DNA of 64,000 nt, taken from Calditrichaceae bacterium (GTDB lineage: Bacteria > Calditrichota > Calditrichia > Calditrichales > JBFXGD01). Of this stretch, positions 29,407-39,908 are shown in pieces. The stretch is taken from assembly GCA_050173015.1 (NCBI GenBank), contig JBFXLE010000001.1:96001-160000 (forward strand), given 5' to 3'. Made by a program: the position numbers and the translations under genes. Under the pieces are notes generated by a model. It was not told where the DNA came from and ran no database searches. It was given only the letters and a program-made list of their open reading frames with translations. How positions within the stretch are numbered: position 1 is the stretch's first letter; each line of letters begins with the position of its first letter.

Positions 29407-30669
29407 ATGAAATTTACCATCAGTATTGTATTTCTTCTATTTCTATTCGGAATTACTTTGGCTCAAAACAACAAAAAACAGGATTTCGATTCCCATTCAA
29501 TTTATTATCAGCAGAGTGATACTGAATGGTTTCTTTACGGAAATAATTCAAAAATTCAGACAGCGGCAAAATATAACCGAATCCCATGCCGGACAATCGC
29601 CGTCAACCCAAAAATCATTCTGATCGGGAGCATTGTGTTTATTCCGGATGCCGTCGGTCTAAAACTGTCAGACGGAACTTACCATGACGGGTATTTCCTC
29701 GCGCATGATAAACTGGCGTCAGATTCAGGGTCATCATTGGGTATTTATACAGGTGGCAATAGTGAATGTGATTTCAGGGGACATTTAAAAGACGGTAAAA
29801 AGATAAACTTGTATGTGGTTCGGGGAATCATGGAGCGCGTGACCCGTCTTAAATTTAGTCAGGAATATGAATTAAATTCTCCAAAACCGACCTGGAAGAT
29901 GGCTTATTCAGATTTTGATAAACTGATGAAAGATGGCAATAAGAAAAATCTGACGGTAAATGAACGGATACAGTATTATTCTGAACTGGGACTTGGAACG
30001 CCTTATGTGATATTTAATCTGGGCGAAGGGCCGGGCGCGAGTCCCGATCCTGATCCGCTGATCGATTTTGGCCGGGTTGATTGCATGACTTTTTGTGAAA
30101 ACACGCTTGCCCTTGCCATATCCGGCTCGTATGACGAAATGTATAATAATCTGCAAAAAATCCGCTACAAAGGCGGTAAAATTGATTATATCACCAGAAA
30201 TCATTATACGATCGCAGACTGGCTGCCCAATAACAGCTGGCTGCTCCGGGATGTTACGGATGATATCGGCAGGGGGTACACCAGGAATCTTGTTAAACAA
30301 ATCGACAGGCAGGCATTTTATCAGAATAACGGCGTTGACAGGAACAAAATTGAGAAACCCGTTCCCGTCCAGACCATACATGTAAAATATGTACCCACTG
30401 AAGATCTGTTAAAAGTAAAAAATCGTTTTCAGGGTGGGGAGATCGTCTCCATCGTGACCACCTATCCGGGGGTTGTATCGGCTCACATGGGTATCATTGT
30501 AAAGGATGAATGGGGAAATATTATTTTCAGACACGGAAGCAGCCGGAAAGAGACATCCGAAGTGATTGATCAAAAATTTGAAGAAGTGGTGGAAGATCTT
30601 TCCAAATCAAAATCCAGAATTGGAATGATCTTTATGCGCGCGCTGGAAGATTTCAGAATACCGGATTAA
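29407..30669 (+). CDS. Exported protein: degenerate 3D (MltA-like) domain fused to a DUF1460 NlpC/P60-type amidase domain
   Basis: Signal peptide, TIAVNPKII.IGS.VFIP...DG.YHDGYF.A.D (3D-like), then LGTPY, VDCMTFCE, IRY.GG...RNHY..DW and SAHMGI..HGSS (DUF1460). Confidence 0.72.
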   Translation: MKFTISIVFLLFLFGITLAQNNKKQDFDSHSIYYQQSDTEWFLYGNNSKIQTAAKYNRIPCRTIAVNPKIILIGSIVFIPDAVGLKLSDGTYHDGYFLAHDKLASDSGSSLGIYTGGNSECDFRGHLKDGKKINLYVVRGIMERVTRLKFSQEYELNSPKPTWKMAYSDFDKLMKDGNKKNLTVNERIQYYSELGLGTPYVIFNLGEGPGASPDPDPLIDFGRVDCMTFCENTLALAISGSYDEMYNNLQKIRYKGGKIDYITRNHYTIADWLPNNSWLLRDVTDDIGRGYTRNLVKQIDRQAFYQNNGVDRNKIEKPVPVQTIHVKYVPTEDLLKVKNRFQGGEIVSIVTTYPGVVSAHMGIIVKDEWGNIIFRHGSSRKETSEVIDQKFEEVVEDLSKSKSRIGMIFMRALEDFRIPD

Positions 30670-33320
30670 TAATTAGGCAGATAGGTGCTTCCGCTTGGAT
30701 GTTTGGTAACCTTAATATCTTTTAACACTGAAGATTTAATGTTGATCTGGAAACTATAATAATCTCGCAATGGCTGCCAGTCAAATGACATCTCCCAGCA
30801 ATGCAGATCGCGGTAAATGCTGAAGTTTTGGGTAGTAATATCGTGATTTGTCAAGTCAAAGCGCGCGTTCCAGCTTATTTTCCAGTTTTTTGTTAACTGC
30901 AGCCCCGCCCTCGCTGAAATATCGATGCGTTCCACGGGTGTATTGATATCAGACCTGTTAAAGGAATAGTTCATTGTGAGAGATGTGGTCCAGGGGATTG
31001 AAAGCTTTTTCGTTTCTTCCATATAGTCCTTCACATCCTGTTCGATAAATTTACTTTCCAGGATGCCCTCATTCTGATTTTCATTTTGCAGATCCGATTC
31101 ACTCTGCGCGCCGTTTTCGGCGGATTTTCTTCGGCTTGCCGGGCCGTCTTCCGATTTGTCTTTGGCAAAACTTTTATTGCTCAGACTGTAGCCGTAGGAG
31201 GCGGACAGATTGAGAAGACGGGGTAAGAAATTACCGTCAGAAAAGATATATTCATCACGATACCCGGTTCCTGTTCTTCCCGCTTTGTAGAAGGTGTGGG
31301 AAGCACTCACGGTCAAATTGTTATTCAAAATTTTTGCCCTGAAACTAGTGGACAAATTACTCCAGTTCAGGCTGTCCTTTTTGAAATCATAGGCGGTTGA
31401 AAAATTAAGAGTAAACAAATCAATCTTGCTTTCTTTTCCCTCGTCATTAACCAGTTTCGCCTGAAACAAGTTCGCCAGCTGAATATTCACTCTTCTGGAT
31501 TCACTTTGCGGGGTGCCGCCAAACGCCGAATTCTGAAACCGGTCAATTTTCTGTTCTACTCCATTAGTATCGGTAACCGTGTCATAGTATCCGTAATATG
31601 AACTTGAAAAATCGGGAGTATAGCTCATACTTATCGATGGGTCCATCTTGTGCCGGATGGCTTTAAGTTCTCCGATATTTGGTTCAAATAGGCCGTACAT
31701 GGTGGTTTTAACCCCCAGGCTGGATGTAAAAGTACGCCTTGCCGCGAATTGGGATTTCTGTCTTTGGATGATCTGGTTGGTCTCCTCATCCAGCTCTGCT
31801 TCAGTGACTTCGTTAACCCAGTCTTCCGTGTAATTGAGGGAAGGTGATACATTAAAATATTTCAATACTTTCTGTGGAGACGTGAAGTTAAACTGATGAC
31901 GAACGCCGGATTTTTGCGTGTCATCAAATGTTTCCAGGCTGTCATTGAGCGGCACATGCGATCCTTTATGCAAAAGATTACCGCTGTAGGAATAATAAAT
32001 ATTCTGGTACCAGTTCCGTTTGCTTCCCAGGCTTTTTCCCGTCACCGATTCAAAAATGCTGCTTTGCGAGTGGTTAAAAGAAAGGCTGGGAAGGGTATAA
32101 TCCAGTCTTTCCGTCTGCAGGTTTTCCGTTTGGCTCATACTCAGGGTCATGCTGTTTTTAGTGCCTTTCCAGCTCTTTCTCACGGAAAGGTTTGAGCTGA
32201 TATTCTGATTTAAACGGTCGTTGACGTTTGATGAGAGATCCTGTGAAAAACTTTTATCGCTCTGAAAACTTCCGGAACCTGATATGCTCAGAGTCGGATT
32301 GATGGTCTGGCTATGATTAAACCGGATACGCCAACGCTCCTGGCGCTGGCCGCTGCTCGGGTCTTTCGGATAATACTCCGTGGAAAGATTTCCGTTAAGG
32401 AAGTAACGCAGGGTATAGCGAAAATCTCCGCGAAATGTAAATCCGAGCCGGTCGTAATAATCGGTAAGAAAGGTGCCGTCAAAATAGTCGTTTGGCGCCC
32501 AGTAATATCCTATTCCTCTTAAAAACCGGCCTCCTGCCTGGCTTTCACCGTAGGAAGGCACCACTAAGCCTGATTGCCGCCCGCCTTTATTGGGAAATAT
32601 TCCAAAGGGCAAAGCCATTACAGGTACATCGGCAATATAAAAATAGATCGGCTTGGCGACGACCTTGTCTTTTGTTTTAACCCGCATCTTTGAACTTTTA
32701 AAATAGAAATGAGGATGATCAATATTATCGCAGGTAGTAAAATATCCGGTTTGCACGAGAAGGGTTTTATTCGATATTTTATTAATCTGTGACCCCTTGT
32801 AATAACCGGGATCCATCTTGGTTTTACCCTGGGTGATTTTGCCCCGTTTGGTGTCAAAATTATACTCGATAAAATTACCTTCCATCGGTTCGGTGCCTTT
32901 TTCAGAAAAAACAGGGGTTCCCGAATAATATTCAAACCCGTCCGCGTCAACGGAATCGAGAATTCCGTTCGAATATAAAGTATTTATGTTACGATCGACT
33001 TTGATGAACGCGGCAGTTAGCGTCATATCCTGATATTCGATTTTCGCGTTTCCATGGAGATAGATCGTATTGTCATTGTAGCTCAGATCAATTTGATCTG
33101 CCCAATACCTGATCGGTCCTTCTAACTGCCCGTCTTTTGGTTTTGCCGATTTGACAGTATCCGCGGTGGCTTTTTGAAGCAGTGAATCAGCTTCGACAGA
33201 CACTTCCTGGGCATGCAGAATACTTGCCTTTACCGAAAAGATAATGGTAGTCAAAACTATTATCGGCGCAAGAAAATGAAGAATGTTGATTTTCTCTGAA
33301 TGATTCACTGGTCTCTTCAT
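30666..33320 (-). CDS. lptD: LPS-assembly outer-membrane protein LptD
   Basis: N-terminal OstA-like segment (YNFDTKRG, FTTCD..HPHFY, PFGIFP..RQSG..P.YGE) and C-terminal YRDLHCWEM.F.W motif of Bacteroidota-type LptD. Confidence 0.88.
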   Translation of the reverse strand: MKRPVNHSEKINILHFLAPIIVLTTIIFSVKASILHAQEVSVEADSLLQKATADTVKSAKPKDGQLEGPIRYWADQIDLSYNDNTIYLHGNAKIEYQDMTLTAAFIKVDRNINTLYSNGILDSVDADGFEYYSGTPVFSEKGTEPMEGNFIEYNFDTKRGKITQGKTKMDPGYYKGSQINKISNKTLLVQTGYFTTCDNIDHPHFYFKSSKMRVKTKDKVVAKPIYFYIADVPVMALPFGIFPNKGGRQSGLVVPSYGESQAGGRFLRGIGYYWAPNDYFDGTFLTDYYDRLGFTFRGDFRYTLRYFLNGNLSTEYYPKDPSSGQRQERWRIRFNHSQTINPTLSISGSGSFQSDKSFSQDLSSNVNDRLNQNISSNLSVRKSWKGTKNSMTLSMSQTENLQTERLDYTLPSLSFNHSQSSIFESVTGKSLGSKRNWYQNIYYSYSGNLLHKGSHVPLNDSLETFDDTQKSGVRHQFNFTSPQKVLKYFNVSPSLNYTEDWVNEVTEAELDEETNQIIQRQKSQFAARRTFTSSLGVKTTMYGLFEPNIGELKAIRHKMDPSISMSYTPDFSSSYYGYYDTVTDTNGVEQKIDRFQNSAFGGTPQSESRRVNIQLANLFQAKLVNDEGKESKIDLFTLNFSTAYDFKKDSLNWSNLSTSFRAKILNNNLTVSASHTFYKAGRTGTGYRDEYIFSDGNFLPRLLNLSASYGYSLSNKSFAKDKSEDGPASRRKSAENGAQSESDLQNENQNEGILESKFIEQDVKDYMEETKKLSIPWTTSLTMNYSFNRSDINTPVERIDISARAGLQLTKNWKISWNARFDLTNHDITTQNFSIYRDLHCWEMSFDWQPLRDYYSFQINIKSSVLKDIKVTKHPSGSTYLPNY

Positions 33321-33433
33321 ACATTATTTACAGTTTTCAAATTAATCATACGTCATTTTCCCGGGAAAGATCAGGGAATAATGATTCAGGCTAAATAAAT
33401 CGACCTAATATAAGGATTTTAGAAAAAAATGAG

Positions 33434-33475
33434 AAAAAAAATGCCTGATTCCTGGTAATAGGACAATCAGGCATT
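33434..33475 (-). terminator. Intrinsic terminator after rnr
   Basis: AATGCCTGATT...AATCAGGCATT stem with a minus-strand T-tract. Confidence 0.7.
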
Positions 33476-33491
33476 GAAAAACATTGCCAAT

Positions 33492-35711
33492 TTATGAACG
33501 TTTGCGTCTCTTTCTGTTTCGGGGACGGCGTTCTTCATTGATTTTCTTGATCGGTTTTGGATTAGATTTTCGGTTTTTATTATCCTCATTTTCCAGGAAG
33601 GTGAATTCAATCTCTTTTTTCTCCAGGTCAACAGAGAGAACGCGAACAGTGACCTCATCTCCAAGGTTTATCCGGCGTCCGGTGTCTCTTCCCGTCATGG
33701 AATATGTTTTTTCATCATAAATATAAAAATCATCAACCATATTGGAGATTTGCACAAGACCTTCGATCAAAGTGTCTTCCAGTTCTACAAAGATACCGAA
33801 GGACATAACCCCTGATACAAAGGCTTTATATGTTTCACCCACGTAGCGGTTTATATATTCCGCCTGTTTCAGCTTTATCGATTCGCGTTCCGCTTCCATA
33901 GCCAAACGCTCCATTTTAGAAGATTGAGCGGCAATTTTTCTCAGTTTATTGCGAACGCCTTTCTCAGGAGGAACAGAGGATTTTTCATAATGCTTCAGCA
34001 GCCGGTGAACGGTTAAGTCCGGATAGCGCCTGATTGGAGACGTAAAATGGGTGTAGTCGTCAAATCCGAGTCCAAAATGGCCGATATTTTTGTCAGAATA
34101 TATGGCTTTCATCATCGATCGCAGGGCAACCTGCTCAATAATTATTTCCTCTTTCGTTCCTTTTATTGATTCAATAACCTGTTGGAAAAATTTTGAGGTG
34201 ATCTTTTTTACAGGTTTAACCGCGACACCCAGGGCATGCAGGAAGTCAAAGAATTTTGCCATTTTTTCTTCATCAGGTTTTTCATGAATTCGGTAGAGAA
34301 AAGGAAGGAGATCAGATTTCCGCGGACTAATGTTACGGATATGTCTGGCAACTACCTGATTGGCCATCAGCATAAACTCTTCCACCAAACGATGGCTATC
34401 AAGTCGCTTTTTGGGTATGATTTCAACAGGCTGTCCCTTCTCGTCGAGGACAAACCGGACTTCCGGCGTTTCAAAGTCGATTCCGCCTTTTTCAAATCTT
34501 TTCCGGGTGAGGGCTTTACTCAATTCCTGCATATTACGGACGTCATCGGCAAGAGCGTCTTCGGTCTCATTATCAATGATCGCCTGAACTTCTTCATAAG
34601 TGAACCGGCGTTTGCTATGAATAACGGATGGGGCAATATTATATTTAACCACATCAAGTTTGGAATCCATTTCCATAAAACATGAGTAAGCGAGTCGATC
34701 CACCCGCGGTTTCAGGCTGCAAAGATCGTTTGAAAGTCTTTCGGGAAGCATGGGGATCACTCTGTCAACAAGATATACACTCGTCGCCCGCTCCAAAGCC
34801 TCCTTATCTATGGAAGAGTTTTCTTCTACATAATGGCTGACATCTGCAATATGCACACCTAAAATCCAGTTTCCTTCAGGAGATTTTTCAATGGATACCG
34901 CGTCATCAAAGTCGCGCGCATCAACTGGGTCAATGGTAAAACATGTCAGGTCACGTAAGTCAAGTCTTCCCGTATATTCTTCGGGACGGATATCGGGAGA
35001 TATCTGTTTTACGGATTGCTCAATATCCTTAGTAAAATTTATTGCCAGGTTATAAGAGTATGCGACGGATATAACGTCCACACCGGGATCACCGGGATTT
35101 CCGAGTATTTCGGTAATGGTGCCTTCCGGATTATGCTGATCACTCTCCCAGCGATCAAAAGTGGCCAGGACTTTCTGTCCGTCCTGAGCATTCATTGCTT
35201 TTTCTTCCGGAATTAATATGTCGCGATTGATTTTGCGTTCATCCGGCGTCACAAAACTGTAGTATTCGGTTTTGTGATAGGTCCCGACAATCTTTTTTCT
35301 GAAGCGTTCAATAATGCGCGTGACATAACCTTCGAGTCTTTTACCTCTTGATGCAGCATAAAGTCGAACCTCTACCCGGTCACGATCAAACGCGGTATTC
35401 AGATTCTGCTGGGCGACGAATATATCAACGTCCTGACCTTCAACAGCTACAAACCCAAAGCCGCCCCTCGTCGTTCTGAGTTCACCGATGAGTTCCTGCG
35501 CCTGTTGCGGATAAGCATATTGTTTGTCCCTGACATGAATGATTCGTCCGTCCGAAACCAGCGCCTGAATACTGCTATCAAACATATAGTAATCTTTTTT
35601 GTGAATGCCGAGCGCCTGGCTGATGTGTTTTTTGGGAACGGGGACACCAGGAGATTCCTTTAGTAGTGCAACGATAGCTGATTGGATTTTTTTTGACACG
35701 TTTTTTTTCAT
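33492..35711 (-). CDS. rnr: Ribonuclease R
   Basis: CSD domains, FTIDPVDARDFDDA, HIADVSHYV, EEFMLMAN, YTHFTSPIRRYPDL, an S1 domain and a basic tail. Confidence 0.96.
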   Translation of the reverse strand: MKKNVSKKIQSAIVALLKESPGVPVPKKHISQALGIHKKDYYMFDSSIQALVSDGRIIHVRDKQYAYPQQAQELIGELRTTRGGFGFVAVEGQDVDIFVAQQNLNTAFDRDRVEVRLYAASRGKRLEGYVTRIIERFRKKIVGTYHKTEYYSFVTPDERKINRDILIPEEKAMNAQDGQKVLATFDRWESDQHNPEGTITEILGNPGDPGVDVISVAYSYNLAINFTKDIEQSVKQISPDIRPEEYTGRLDLRDLTCFTIDPVDARDFDDAVSIEKSPEGNWILGVHIADVSHYVEENSSIDKEALERATSVYLVDRVIPMLPERLSNDLCSLKPRVDRLAYSCFMEMDSKLDVVKYNIAPSVIHSKRRFTYEEVQAIIDNETEDALADDVRNMQELSKALTRKRFEKGGIDFETPEVRFVLDEKGQPVEIIPKKRLDSHRLVEEFMLMANQVVARHIRNISPRKSDLLPFLYRIHEKPDEEKMAKFFDFLHALGVAVKPVKKITSKFFQQVIESIKGTKEEIIIEQVALRSMMKAIYSDKNIGHFGLGFDDYTHFTSPIRRYPDLTVHRLLKHYEKSSVPPEKGVRNKLRKIAAQSSKMERLAMEAERESIKLKQAEYINRYVGETYKAFVSGVMSFGIFVELEDTLIEGLVQISNMVDDFYIYDEKTYSMTGRDTGRRINLGDEVTVRVLSVDLEKKEIEFTFLENEDNKNRKSNPKPIKKINEERRPRNRKRRKRS

Positions 35712-36649
35712 CAGACAACCTTTATTTTTAGAACACGCGGTATCCGGTTTAGATCATTTATAATCTCGATCGTTTTAAAATTGTAGGATTTTGCAATTTG
35801 GATAACCTTTTCGGGTTGTGATCCCGTCATTTCAAAAAAAGCAAATTCGCATCGGGGAGTATTGTCATTCGCCAGGAGGGATATAATCCTTCTGTAGAAC
35901 GATAAGCCGTCATCCTGATCAGTAAGCGCAGTTAACGGTTCATGTTCCTTTACCTCATTTTCAAGCAAATTGATTTCATCTATAGAGATATATGGAGGAT
36001 TGGATACCAACACGGAAGCGCTTTCCGGAAAATGATCCGGCCAGGGTTTAAAGATATCGTGCTCCATAAATTGCATGGCGGACGCGGAATTGTCTCTGAG
36101 CGGTTTGTTGTTTGATTCCGAGATCAGATGAAGATCCGCTGAAATGTTATTGAGCGCGGCGTTTTCCCGGGCGACTTCCAATGCTTTAACTGAAATATCT
36201 GTCGCAAAAACACGGGTCTCGGGCCAAAGCAGTCTGATACTGACCGGTATGCACCCGCTACCGGTGCCGACATCTATTATCACAGGATTGCTGCCATGGT
36301 AATGCTCTTTTAGTTTCAGGATTTCCTCAACCATAATCTCGGTCTCAGGCCTTGGGATCAGCACATCGGGGCTGACTTTAAATGAAAATCCCATAAATCC
36401 CGTTTCACCAAGTATGTATTGCAGCGGCTCATGATTAAGACGACGTTTAATAAAAGCTCTGAAATCTTCAAGCTCGTCCGGCAGAATCGGCCGTTCAAAA
36501 TTCATATACAGTTGAACACGGTTAAAATGGAGGACTTTTCCCAACAATTCCTCGACATTCAGTCGGGCATTTTCTATTTTTTTTTCTTCCAAATATTTTG
36601 TGGTGGTATTTAGAAGATTCAATAAATTCCAGGTCTGTGTTTTGTTCAT
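35711..36649 (-). CDS. prmC: Peptide chain release factor N5-glutamine methyltransferase
   Basis: EPLQYILG, VLIPRPETE, DVGTGSGCI and VSNPPYI. Confidence 0.95.
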   Translation of the reverse strand: MNKTQTWNLLNLLNTTTKYLEEKKIENARLNVEELLGKVLHFNRVQLYMNFERPILPDELEDFRAFIKRRLNHEPLQYILGETGFMGFSFKVSPDVLIPRPETEIMVEEILKLKEHYHGSNPVIIDVGTGSGCIPVSIRLLWPETRVFATDISVKALEVARENAALNNISADLHLISESNNKPLRDNSASAMQFMEHDIFKPWPDHFPESASVLVSNPPYISIDEINLLENEVKEHEPLTALTDQDDGLSFYRRIISLLANDNTPRCEFAFFEMTGSQPEKVIQIAKSYNFKTIEIINDLNRIPRVLKIKVV

Positions 36650-36800
36650 AAGAAATTAAAATATATAATGATTTAATGATCTTTAAAGCAATTATTGTTT
36701 CAATTTTTAATATAGTGAAAATTGTCTGCTAAATATAGTTAAAAATAGGTAAAAAGCTTCCTGATCGGAATTTGCGCCCGGATTTTTCAAATAATTTCTT

Positions 36801-36829
36801 TTGCATTTAATTGAAATAATTATTAAAAT
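36801..36829 (+). promoter_or_regulatory. Sigma70-type promoter of the heme operon
   Basis: TTGCAT (36801-36806), 17-bp spacer, TAAAAT (36824-36829). Confidence 0.6.
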
Positions 36830-36830
36830 C

Positions 36831-36844
36831 TGACTGGTCAGTCA
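36831..36844. promoter_or_regulatory. Palindromic operator at the predicted transcription start (candidate TetR site)
   Basis: TGACTG-GT-CAGTCA, a perfect 6-bp inverted repeat immediately after the -10 box. Confidence 0.65.
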
Positions 36845-36864
36845 TCTTATAATTGAGGAACCAG

Positions 36865-37689
36865 ATGCAGTTTCTAATCAGTTTTATGAACACGATTTTG
36901 CCATTGCTTTATTTCGCGACCACCTTTTTTTATGCCCGGTATTTCTGGCGCGAAGACAGTTCGGCAAAACGATATGTGACGCCGATGCTGCAAATAACCG
37001 TTCTAATCCATTTTATTGATGTTGTAACAAGGGGAATTTATTACAAGCATTTTCCGCTTGCGACAATTTTTGAAGCTTCCACTGTGCTGGCGCTCTCTGT
37101 CGCGGCCATTTACATGTATATTGAATCCCGCATAAAGGAAAAATCAACGGGATATTTTATTCTGGTGTTTGTGTTTTTTATGCAGGTGATCTCATCCGCG
37201 TTTATAGACTTCGTCCATGTGATTCCTGAAATACTTCACGACCGTTTGTTTATTTTTCATACAAGCGCCGCGATCCTCGGATATTCTGCTCTGGCCATAT
37301 CCGCCATTTACGGGTTGATGTATTTGCTGCTGACGCACGACATAAAAAGCAGCCGGTTTGGAGTGATTTACAGTCGTTTACCATCCCTTGAAATTCTTAA
37401 CGAAATGAATCTCAAGGCGGCGACCATCGGTTTCTTTTTTCTCACAATCGCCATTATACTCGGAGAAATTTGGACAAAAAAAATATATGGCACCTTGCTT
37501 CATTTTGATTATAAAATTTTAATTGCAATAATTACGTGGTTTATTTACGGGCTTGAAATCTTCGGCAAAAAGTTTTTCGGCTGGAGCGGAAGGCGGTTAG
37601 CGATTCTGTCACTCAGCGGATTTGCCATTATTATTTTTTCGATGATTGCCGTAAACACGTTTTTATCATCATTTCACAGATTCGATTGA
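36865..37689 (+). CDS. Cytochrome c assembly (CcsA/HemX-like) polytopic membrane protein
   Basis: About eight TM segments, conserved H (FHTSAAILGY), RLPSLE.L, G..W and D.K motifs. Sits directly before hemA. ATG at 36865 follows GAGGA. Confidence 0.85.
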   Translation: MQFLISFMNTILPLLYFATTFFYARYFWREDSSAKRYVTPMLQITVLIHFIDVVTRGIYYKHFPLATIFEASTVLALSVAAIYMYIESRIKEKSTGYFILVFVFFMQVISSAFIDFVHVIPEILHDRLFIFHTSAAILGYSALAISAIYGLMYLLLTHDIKSSRFGVIYSRLPSLEILNEMNLKAATIGFFFLTIAIILGEIWTKKIYGTLLHFDYKILIAIITWFIYGLEIFGKKFFGWSGRRLAILSLSGFAIIIFSMIAVNTFLSSFHRFD

Positions 37690-37696
37690 TTAATTT

Positions 37697-38980
37697 ATGG
37701 AAAAAAATATTTTTCAAATATATCTGCTGGGACTCAGTCACCGCGTAGCAACTGTTGATATTAGGGATCACGCGGCATACGCGGAGAATGACCTTCCCGC
37801 TGCCCTGGAAAAATTATTAAAATGTAACGGGGTAGAGGAAGGATACATCCTGTCAACCTGCAACAGAACGGAAATATATGTGTTGGCCAGGATTTCGCCG
37901 GATGTCCGTTCAACCCTGGAAAACTTTTTAAAAGATACCCGCAAATCATTTGATCCCGGTGATTTTAAGGTGATGTATTTTTATGAAGGCGATGCGGCGA
38001 TCGGGCACCTCTTTAAAGTCGCGGCGGGAATGGATTCAATGATTCTTGGTGAACCCCAGATCCTCGGACAGGTAAAGGATGCTTACAGGATTGCATCAGC
38101 GGCGGGTACAACAAAACTCATTCTAAATCGTCTGCTTAATTTAGCATTTACGGTTGGAAAGCGGGTGCGGACAGAGACTGCTCTGGCGATAGGAGCTGTG
38201 AGTGTGGCCTTTGCCGCTGTGGAGCTCGCGCAAAAGATTTTCAAAGATCTGAATAAACACAAAGTATTATTAATAGGCGCGGGAGAAACCGGTACACTGG
38301 CGGCACAACATCTGATTGAAAAAGGTGTGAAACAACTTTTCATTACCAACAGGACATATGAAAAGGCCGCAAAACTGGCGGACGACTTGACCGGAACAGC
38401 TGTTCCCTTTGATGATATGAATTCGGTTTTACCGGAAGTTGACGTAGTTATCGGGGCAACAAGCGCGCCGGAGTTCATTCTTTCAGAATCAGATATTCGC
38501 GAAATCCAGGGACGTCGGGGTTCCCGTCCGCTCTTCCTTATTGATATCGCGATACCGAGGGATTTTGATCCAAAAATCAATCGGCTTGAAAATGTGTTTT
38601 TAAACGATATGGACGGATTGCAACAAATTGTCGATAAAAATTTGTCTAAACGCAGGCAGGAAATCCCCGAAGCCATGATTATCATCGATCAGGAAATTTC
38701 CAATTTTACCGATTGGAAAAAATCCCTCCGGGTAACGCCGACAATTATAGCTCTGCGCGAAAAACTTGAAGAAATTCGCCGCCTGGAACTTGATAAACAT
38801 AAGCACCGCGTGAGTGATAAAGAATTAGAACAGATGGAACTGATTACCCGCGCGGTAATTAATAAAGTGCTGCATCTGCCTACGGTGCAACTCCGCGGAT
38901 ATAACAACGGACAATTGGAAGGCCTTCTGCGTATAGACGTGGTTAGGGAAATGTTTGGACTGGAGGAAGAACATGAGTAA
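37697..38980 (+). CDS. hemA: Glutamyl-tRNA reductase
   Basis: LSTCNRTEIY, GMDSMILGEPQILGQVK, GKRVRTET, IGAGE and DIAIPRD. Confidence 0.97.
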   Translation: MEKNIFQIYLLGLSHRVATVDIRDHAAYAENDLPAALEKLLKCNGVEEGYILSTCNRTEIYVLARISPDVRSTLENFLKDTRKSFDPGDFKVMYFYEGDAAIGHLFKVAAGMDSMILGEPQILGQVKDAYRIASAAGTTKLILNRLLNLAFTVGKRVRTETALAIGAVSVAFAAVELAQKIFKDLNKHKVLLIGAGETGTLAAQHLIEKGVKQLFITNRTYEKAAKLADDLTGTAVPFDDMNSVLPEVDVVIGATSAPEFILSESDIREIQGRRGSRPLFLIDIAIPRDFDPKINRLENVFLNDMDGLQQIVDKNLSKRRQEIPEAMIIIDQEISNFTDWKKSLRVTPTIIALREKLEEIRRLELDKHKHRVSDKELEQMELITRAVINKVLHLPTVQLRGYNNGQLEGLLRIDVVREMFGLEEEHE

Positions 38981-39908
38981 GAAGGTACGGATCGGAACTC
39001 GAGATAGTGAACTGGCGCTCTGGCAGACGCATTGGGTGCGGAAAAAATTGAAGGAGCTGAATCCGGCGATAACTATTGAAATTATAGAGGTTAAAACCAT
39101 CGGTGATAAAATACTGGATACACCGCTATCTAAAATCGGGGACAAGGGACTTTTTACAAAGGAAATCGACCGGGCTCTGCTTGATAATGAAATAGATTTA
39201 GCGGTGCACAGCATGAAAGATGTGCCCACAACCATACCTGAAGAACTTACAATCGCGGCGATCACCGGACGATGGCATGCAAATGATATTCTGATTTCAA
39301 GGGATAATCTAACGATCGATACACTACCCGAGGGGGCGTCGATCGCGACAGGGAGTCTTCGAAGAAAAGCGCAATTGTTAAATTATCGTAAAGACTTCCG
39401 AATTATCGATCTTAGAGGCAATCTGAATACACGATTCAGAAAGTTTGACGAAGCGGATTGGGACGGTATGGTTCTTGCCCAGGCCGGTGTGGAGCGTTTA
39501 GGATGGCAGGACAGAATATCGGAACGCATTTCATTGAACATTCTTCTCCCGGCCGTCGGTCAGGGAAGTTTTGCGATTATTTGCCGCGAAAATGACCGAG
39601 ATACTAAGAATCTGCTAAAACCGCTGCATGATGATCATTCAGCAGCCGGGATACGCGCTGAAAGAGCCTTGCTGCATAAACTGGAGGGCGGATGTCAGGT
39701 ACCAATCGGGGCATACGGTGAGATTGTTCAGAATCGACTCCGCCTGAAGGCGTGTGTCTCAAGTCTTGACGGCCAGACGCTCATTGAAGATATGGCGGAA
39801 GGCGCGATCAATTTGCCGGAAGAATTAGGTATATCGGTTGCGGAAAAACTGATTTCCATGGGTGGAAAAGAGATATTGGACCGCATCATAATGGAAAACC
39901 GCGCATGA
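38973..39908 (+). CDS. hemC: Hydroxymethylbilane synthase (porphobilinogen deaminase)
   Basis: IGTRDSELALWQ, GLFTKEI, AVHSMKDVP, LRGNLNTR, PAVGQG and LEGGCQVPIG. Confidence 0.97.
   Translation: MSKKVRIGTRDSELALWQTHWVRKKLKELNPAITIEIIEVKTIGDKILDTPLSKIGDKGLFTKEIDRALLDNEIDLAVHSMKDVPTTIPEELTIAAITGRWHANDILISRDNLTIDTLPEGASIATGSLRRKAQLLNYRKDFRIIDLRGNLNTRFRKFDEADWDGMVLAQAGVERLGWQDRISERISLNILLPAVGQGSFAIICRENDRDTKNLLKPLHDDHSAAGIRAERALLHKLEGGCQVPIGAYGEIVQNRLRLKACVSSLDGQTLIEDMAEGAINLPEELGISVAEKLISMGGKEILDRIIMENRA

Noticed and set aside
35711-36649. prmC (hemK) as a heme-pathway gene because it is divergent from the hem operon
   Set aside because: HemK/PrmC is an established release-factor methyltransferase (NPPY motif). 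Its adjacency is not evidence of a role in heme synthesis.
38083-38685. 200-aa minus-strand ORF, and similar antisense ORFs such as 49909-50490, 29908-30381 and 41299-41760
   Set aside because: These are shadows of well-conserved genes on the opposite strand (hemA, tex, DUF1460 fusion, hemE) with no recognisable motifs.
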